DNA of 59,009 nt, the filler included, from Sphacelaria rigidula (lineage: Eukaryota): the NCBI GenBank assembly GCA_964200075.2. It is 9 parts of 9 records of this genome, joined end to end, with 100 filler letters (N's around TTAATTAATTAA, not from the genome) between each part and the next. Parts side by side here need not be neighbours in the genome. Positions count along the whole stretch, not along the records: positions 45,976 to 52,442 come from CAXNAA020019900.1; positions 52,543 to 59,009 come from CAXNAA020019901.1; 7 more parts are not named here. One strand, given 5' to 3'. The stretch's first letter is position 1. The number at the start of each line of letters is the position of its first letter. Both the position numbers and the translations under genes were made by a program. Below the pieces are notes generated by a model. It saw nothing but the letters and a program-made list of their open reading frames with translations, was not told where the DNA came from and made no database searches. Below, piece by piece: positions 52,381-59,009 of this stretch.

Positions 52381-52442
52381 CGCCCCGGTGGCTCAGTTGG
52401 TAACCTCGTAACCTTCTGGTGGTTGAGTTGTGGGGTCCGATT
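52381..52442 (+). mobile_element. tRNA-derived SINE head (cut by contig end)
   Basis: A-box TGGCTCAGTTGG (52389-52400) and B-box-like GGTCCGATT; no proper cloverleaf. Confidence 0.6.
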
Positions 52443-52720
52443 NNNNNNNNNNNNNNNNNNNNNNNNNNNNNNNNNNNNNNNNNNNNTTAATTAATTAANN
52501 NNNNNNNNNNNNNNNNNNNNNNNNNNNNNNNNNNNNNNNNNNTGCGTCCACGATGTCGCGTGTATCCCGAAGTATGAGCAGTAGTCAGAGATGCAATGTT
52601 GTAGGCGCAAGATACCAAGGTATTATTGGATGAACACGAGCTTCCATCGAAGCTCTTCACAAAAGCTTCGCTACTCGTCTCCAACAGCAGCATACGATGA
52701 CATCATAGTTTACAGCATAC

Positions 52721-55015
52721 CTGAAACCCATCGCACTGCCCAACTTCCACGACCCGTTCGTGGCTCGTCGTGACTAGTTTTAAAACATTCAGAGCGGCTA
52801 TTTTCACGTCTTCTATGCTCTTTCCGGATCGATTTCTGTCCATGTCCGGCGACCTCCGCCCGTCAGTCCCGGCGGAGTCTTCAGCGAGGATAACCAGAAG
52901 CTGCCTTATCAGCTCCTTCCAATCTCGTGGCCTCCTTGTATTGCTGTAAGTAAATACATTATCAACAAGACCGCACGAATTACGTGTCTAGCGCTTGCGC
53001 CATTATGGTGTATCTGCGACGATAACTAGTCAGCACAACACTTTTCATAACACATGAACCTACGACTACGCGTGTGTACCATTTGCGTCCTGCCGGACAG
53101 CACTTGCAACTCTTCACTTCCGCGATGAGACCTTGCCACAGAGCATTCTTCTAGGATACTCGCTCGCGGCCGAATTAGGCAGCTTCCAGTACAGCATACA
53201 CCACTGATCGGTCCAGCAACGACCGAACGTTGATGTCCACGAAAAATATCGGACTTTGGCGAATACCTTACCAGTTTGCTACTTCAATCTCATTCGTCCT
53301 ACTGCGGCTAACAACGCGATATGCAGTACCGAAAACGCGGGAGATCTCGCCTGCTTCCCGCTAAACATGACTCCACCAGCTGCAACGCTTTCTCAGCCAA
53401 AGCTATGTCGGCGGGACCTCGCTTGAATAACCCCTTGCGCAATCCGGCCCCGGTTATGGCCTCCGCAAGTGCCAGCAGCGTTGCCACGAGCTCTCCCTGC
53501 ACACCATCATCCTGAAGAACGGCAGCATTCGAATAGGAATGGCATCGTACAAGCTGTTGGTGAGATTGCCAAACTGTCGGGAAAAAGGGCAGTTTCGTGG
53601 AGTTTGGTACATAAGTAGGATTGCAGTACGCTGGAAAGCCTTGCAACTGCAATATCTGAGTTGCTAGAACATACCAACTTCGAACTTCGGAGCCTGTTGA
53701 CCAAGCAACACACGCTGTTTGCTACGTAGCGTACGTGCCCAATCTACGCCGAACTCAAACAGAACACTCTCCCTTCCCAAAAGCCATTACCATGGGCATG
53801 GAGCCTTTTTCATTTTTTGTTGCTTCGTGTGTGCTCGCGCGGCCTCCTTGCCCGAGTCCATGTGACCGGCCGGCCATTTGTTCCTTATTACCATCACGAC
53901 TATGCCTATCGGCACCGGTTTGTCTCGTCCCTTCTCCTTTTAATTAAAGTTATTTCCCTCCTATTTCCTGTCTTGCTTCGTCTCTGGTTTTTGTCTAGTT
54001 TATCATGTGTGTTCTATTTTTCCTCTTCGTCTGCGTTTATCTTACGACAATGGCTCTGTCCGAGGATAAGCTAATGTGCGACAATCAATCAATAACAGAT
54101 GCAACCGTGGCCGACACTAATCAGTACTGCGAACGAAACTCACGAGGTTTTGGAGAACGCCTGCCTGCTTGGCATCGCCGAGATCAACTGCATCTACAAA
54201 GGCGCGAAGCGCACGACCTGGGCCTTGCCCTGCTGCCACCAAATCTAGATTGATCCCACTCGATCCGGCAGTGTCAGAACTCGCCGCGCCTCCGGCTTCG
54301 CGGCTTTCCGCGCCCCAAGCCTCACTATACTCGCCCCAAAGCTTGCGAACCTGCGGAACGGGTATTGTATTGATCGCCTCAAAGAAGTTGAAGGTCAGAG
54401 CAGCTCGCGTGTAGATGGCACAAAACTACAATCTATGAATTTGGAGTGAAGGCGTGTCTTACGATGTACCTGTTCAGGATCAAATCCAGTCGGTGGGATT
54501 AGCGTCGGCGCCCCGCACTGGGGTACATGACACGGGTCTGCTTTCTGTCATGGAGGTCGAAACGAAACTGAAAGCAAAAGACACCACAGGCCGTCAGGTG
54601 TGCACGACTGTACCGCACAGTACCCATTGGGCGCCCGTGCAACAGTAGGCCGTTTTCCCTTCTCTTTGCAGGAGGTTCAGAATAGTCGTTTTGAGAGACA
54701 GCGCCTACATGTAAGAGGGCGTTGCCAGACATTCCCGCGCGTCAATAGACATTCGTACATCAGCAGCATTGCCGCCGTAGGGTCTTATTTCTTCAGCACC
54801 TCAGTAGACGAATGTGATCAGAACACACACCTGTTGTGAAACAGTGGAACGCCGGGGCGTATGTGGTGGGGATATACGCGCTGTAGGCGGCGCATGCGGG
54901 TGTCCAGTCTCAAGTCTGAGGCGCACGGATTTATTCTTCCCCACTCCGACAGCCATCCTCCGACAAATGGCGAGACTGTCCGAGGCCGGATTCTCGGAGC
55001 ACAAGGCCGCCGGCA
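52721..55015 (-). CDS. Five phase-compatible exons of a host gene (54831-55015, 54470-54544, 54144-54350, 53330-53511, 52721-52943); alpha-helical, ARM-like protein
   Basis: All junctions are GT-AG and in phase. Spliced product: ..STVSQQ|KADP..FDPEQ|VRKLWGEY..LQNL|DDGVQGELVATLLAL..PRFR|NTRRPRDWKELIRQLLVIL..DGFQ. Confidence 0.8.
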
Positions 55016-55682
55016 CTAAAGGGAAGAGGGTTCAAATAGTAGATGGTATGACATCCCGGGGTGTCGGTTTTTTGGATTGGCATCGCTTTCACTTGAGGAA
55101 TGACGGCAATACGTACGCATCTACCGTAGAAGCGCGAGCCATCGCATAGGTCGGAGTGATCTCACCCCTGTGCATAAGGTTGCGTGCTGTTGCGTATGGC
55201 CCCGGGGCACATACACGTACAGTAGTCTCGTACGTATAGGAGCTATCGAACAGGGGTGAGGTGAAAGAAACAGTAAAATCGGTGGAGTGATGAATTCAGT
55301 ATCGCACGTGTCGGATTTATCGCACAAGGATGAGGGCAAAATTCCACTATTGCCGGTGGTGTGATCACTTCAGAATCGCAAAGGTCATGCGGTGTTATTT
55401 CTCTTCAATATTATGGAGTCATTTTACAGAGGTTATAATACATAACCCGCGGCGTTCATTGCAGATGGTAGTGCTCCAAGGCTTGAAATATGCTGAGACT
55501 AGAGGGGCAGCCGTCCTTGGAAAAGACGGGTCCACGTCAGCGCGGCAAGATTACATACAGCGGCGCAGGCTGAGGCGCCCGGATGGCAAAGGATGCGAGC
55601 AATGGTACGGTAGGGGTGTACTTTTTGCGCAAAATCTTGTCTGCTTCATGGGCTCATAACGATTCTAGATGCACAAGAATAT

Positions 55683-55846
55683 GGGTCAGGGCATCCTCGT
55701 TTGCAAATTCATTCGGGATATCCCTAGCACATTGGAATAGTAATTCTGGCGTACTCTCACTTATTTCATAAGTCTTGTTTGGGTGAGATAAAGGGTTCCT
55801 AACAATTCCAACCTCAGAGAGTATTTGTGCACCCCTACCGTAGCAT
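55683..55846. repeat. Copy of the ~165-bp GGGTCAGGG..CCCTACCGTAGCAT repeat
   Basis: Co-linear with 26900-27065. Confidence 0.88.
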
Positions 55847-57442
55847 GAATCATGCATGTCACTGTAGAGGTAGGAAGCACTTGATGCCCGAAATGTATTG
55901 CGGCCCGATAATACACGAAGTTCTCACTGTATGCTTTCTAGCCGGCAGTACAAGTACCGTGGTACTGAGTGTACGATGCGAACCACGGCAGGGCTGGAAT
56001 ACCCCCGATCGATCCATAAAACTTGTAACTTGCAACTTGCACTCTGTCCTGTTCTGGAACAAAGTGAAATGGTGAAAAACGCCGCAGCAGGGTGATCATG
56101 CGCCTGTCAGAGAAACCTCAAGATATCCACGTGGGAGCGTTGAGCCCAGAAGTTCGGGATAATTCTGATCGAATACTACAGCAGCCACCCCTGTCCTCGT
56201 CACACCACCGTGACATCCGGCCCGTTTAGTCTGCCGATGTCTGGAAGGAGACATTGCCCCCTGCCCGAACAGGTTCACAGAGGTCTTCGGCAGAATATAC
56301 TCTTCTCTTCGGCTAGGCTATATGGCCGCGTTTTGCACGACACGGTGAATAAAACCCAAAGGACATCTGCCTGTGTGACGAAACCCGACTGGTGGTTCTT
56401 TCCGGTTATTGCCAGCGTCGACCGATAAGCGGCCGACGTACACGACAACGCTGGCAACATCTGCTGCTGCCTCCGCGTGGATTTCATCTTGTTTCCCTCT
56501 AGATTAGTCATGAGAAGGAGATAAAAATGTTCCGAAACACTTCAACATCGCGCGTAGTCATCATCTCAACTCACGTAGCACACAAAACGCCTTGATTTGC
56601 CGAAACTGCTGCGGTCATGTTTCAGCATCATCGGACGCCAGGCGTGCTGTGTTTGAACACCTGATCTCCCAAAATACTGCCTCCATATTATTGAACAGGA
56701 GCAACACTGCGGAGTTATTGAATAGGGGTGTGCGCTAGATTGCAAGCCAGATGATTTTATTCCATTTCTGCACAGGGACCGGAGTCATTGCATATGTCGG
56801 AGCTATCGCACAGGGCTCTGATGAAGAAACAAGTTCCTCGTAGAGACGACAAAACGACCGTCTCTTGTGCAACGACTCGCACTTTTACTGTAAATGTGGG
56901 CGGTCGTCGGGTTCAACACCGCTTCAGCATAACAAAGCTAGTGCTGGTATACACCCATGACATGTACGCAAAATACTGTTTAATTGCAGCAATCCATTTG
57001 CACGTTACACTTGGCAGCCGGTCTGCAGCTCCCTACGAAGCTGCACTCGACCTGGTGCCAGGGTGCCGTACTGTGCTCTACTTCACTGTACTTAACTGGA
57101 GTGTACAATACAGTGCTGTTACAAGAAACCCGACGGGTGTGCCCACACGCAGCAGCCGCGTTCTCCGCACGGTGCTAGAGTTGTGTCGACGGGACTGCAG
57201 TGTGAAAGTTGATGAGGGTAGATTGTTGTAAAATTCAAGGGGCAGACGACCATCCTTCGGAATGCAGGCCACTGACCAGCAAGGAGCACTAATTCGACCC
57301 ATCATACTAGATCGCGGTTGGCAATGCTGCGGGCTCACATCAACCAAGCTAGCCATGACACTTCAGACTACAACCACTGTGCTGTGCTGCATCGTTGTAC
57401 CGTACCGCGCTGCTCTGGTGGTGTGCAATATCTAATTCACAC

Positions 57443-57538
57443 CTTTTGCGACGACTGATAAATGGAGAACTTCTTTTTCAAAGTCTTCATCACCACCCCC
57501 AACCTTTTCCCCCTTCTCCTCCTCTGCTCCAGTTCGGC
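57443..57538 (-). CDS. Putative upstream exon (AELEQRRRRGKRLGVVMKTLKKKFSIYQSSQK)
   Basis: Branch-like GCTGAT + TTTCAG| acceptor, AAG|GTGTGA donor, 96 bp in phase 0/0. A candidate preceding exon lies at 57944-57997. Confidence 0.5.
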
Positions 57539-57734
57539 CTGAAAGTAATATCAGCACTCCGCGTCAGCCAGGCAGCAGCAAGCTTTCTTTCCTAGAAGAC
57601 TGACTCTACGAGCCCCGACCTCTTGACCTTTTGTTCTACCGAGTAGATGATTGAAGTCGTACTCCATTTTGCATCGCGTTGATTGTAATCATGATACTCT
57701 CTACGAGGTATCATGTAAAGGAAGCAGTGTACAT

Positions 57735-57735
<1 letters not shown>

Positions 57736-57806
<71 letters not shown>
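57736..57806. repeat. (GT)35 microsatellite
   Basis: Directly visible. Confidence 0.97.
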
Positions 57807-57808
<2 letters not shown>

Positions 57809-58939
57809 TGTATGAGCTAGTTTATGCCGCGGAGGAGACACTCCCGCAACTGCTACACATATTTTTCCCTTACAAACAGATAAGTACGTATGTATTTCAT
57901 TCAACTGCATTATACTTCATAAACACGCATGATAGCATTATACTTTCTGGTCGACTCCTCTCTGCATCACGGCCACGATCTTTCGTGTATCGCGGGTCTT
58001 GAAAGACGAAAGAAACAACGGTGGCGAACAACTTCCCACGAGAGAACGCGTTGAGAGGCACATGAGCTAGATAGCCCTCCAGGGATAGGCTTCCAGGGGG
58101 GCCATGAGGACCAGTACAACTTTCTTTACAGTGAATCTGATTGTCATTATGTCGGTAGTAATGCCTTCTTGCATTGTCTGCAGCAATTTGGATGTTGCGC
58201 GTGTAGCACGAGTCAGGCACCCGGCTTTTGTGTGGGGCGGTAGAAGACGAGAAGATGATCATGATCGTAGCAAGTCACATGGACGGTGGCGCGGGAAAAA
58301 AACACTCAAGACAGCGAGTGTGGAGGGAGGGGAAGATAGCATGACCGCCGCTGGGGAGGAGGAAGGCGGAAACAGGATATGGTATGCTCGCAGGTTGTAC
58401 GTCAAGTTATTGGGCCTGCGAGGACGCATCTTGAGGATATTGTGCACTTTTGCTGACATAGCGACGCTCAAGCGCTTACGCCGGCGACGTACAGCGAAGG
58501 AGGTAAATCGTGCTGTAGATGACGGGGTATACGGCTCCTCCTTCGAGGTAGATGTTGTCAGCTACCCAGAAATTGGAAGCAACCCGTATTTACTACTGGC
58601 GTTTTAATGATAAAAATGCCGACTTGCGTGTGCCGTGATCTGGGCGGATAAGTTCCTCGACTACGAGTACAGTAGAGTTCACCCGAGTTCGCCTCCAAAT
58701 TATTTGATGTTTAATTCATAGAGGAATATCAAGATGAGATTCCGGGTATATTTCGCAGTAATATACAGTTAAATACAGGCTGATTCACGGTGAATGCCCA
58801 AAAATTATTTCCCAATAGATTCTGAACGCAATTCTGACCCAATATTAACATTATTGGCTGTCATAGTGACCCCTTACGAGCAAGCGAACAGAGTGACATG
58901 GCCAAGTTTTTTCTTGCGTTCTTTACTGTGGCCCTATTA

Positions 58940-59009
58940 GGCCGCTTCCTATAATAGATAAAAATAAAAACCCGGAAAAATGTATTTTTGGAGCTTTTAC
59001 GTCGTTTTA
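58940..59009. repeat. Transposon terminus family GGCCGCTTCCTATAATAG
   Basis: Near-identical to 45807-45875. Confidence 0.75.

Noticed and set aside
52381..52442. tRNA gene
   Set aside because: An A-box is present but there is no convincing anticodon arm and the sequence is cut by the gap; a SINE head fits better.
55651..55660. Second GGCTCATAAC as a Copia PBS or tRNA-Met
   Set aside because: No adjacent LTR end, gag or cloverleaf; a 10-bp match can occur by chance.

Overview
Repeat-rich eukaryotic DNA, most consistent with a brown alga (inferred from the LTR element types, GT-AG exon structure, TTAGGG repeats and about 50% GC; not verified). The window is not one locus. It consists of nine pieces of 6468 or 6467 bp joined by identical 100-bp spacers (44 N + TTAATTAATTAA + 44 N), which looks like size-sorted contigs, so nothing should be inferred across the gaps. 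It contains two decayed Ty3/Gypsy elements, two decayed Ty1/Copia elements, a LINE RT remnant, SINE pieces, many MITEs and foldbacks, a likely MULE transposase remnant and partial spliced host genes (best supported at 52.7-55.0 kb, minus strand). The most notable items are: (1) a degenerate XPG/XRN-like nuclease with a Cys-rich tail resembling AcademX transposons (40.2-42.1 kb); (2) a composite hAT-like element whose outer 8-bp TSD brackets about 680 bp of captured DNA; (3) three MITEs with unrelated-looking interiors that share one TIR register and 4-bp TSDs (Sola-like), two of them splitting retrotransposon integrases; (4) a 90-bp near-perfect hairpin. No CRISPR array, rRNA or intact tRNA gene was found.
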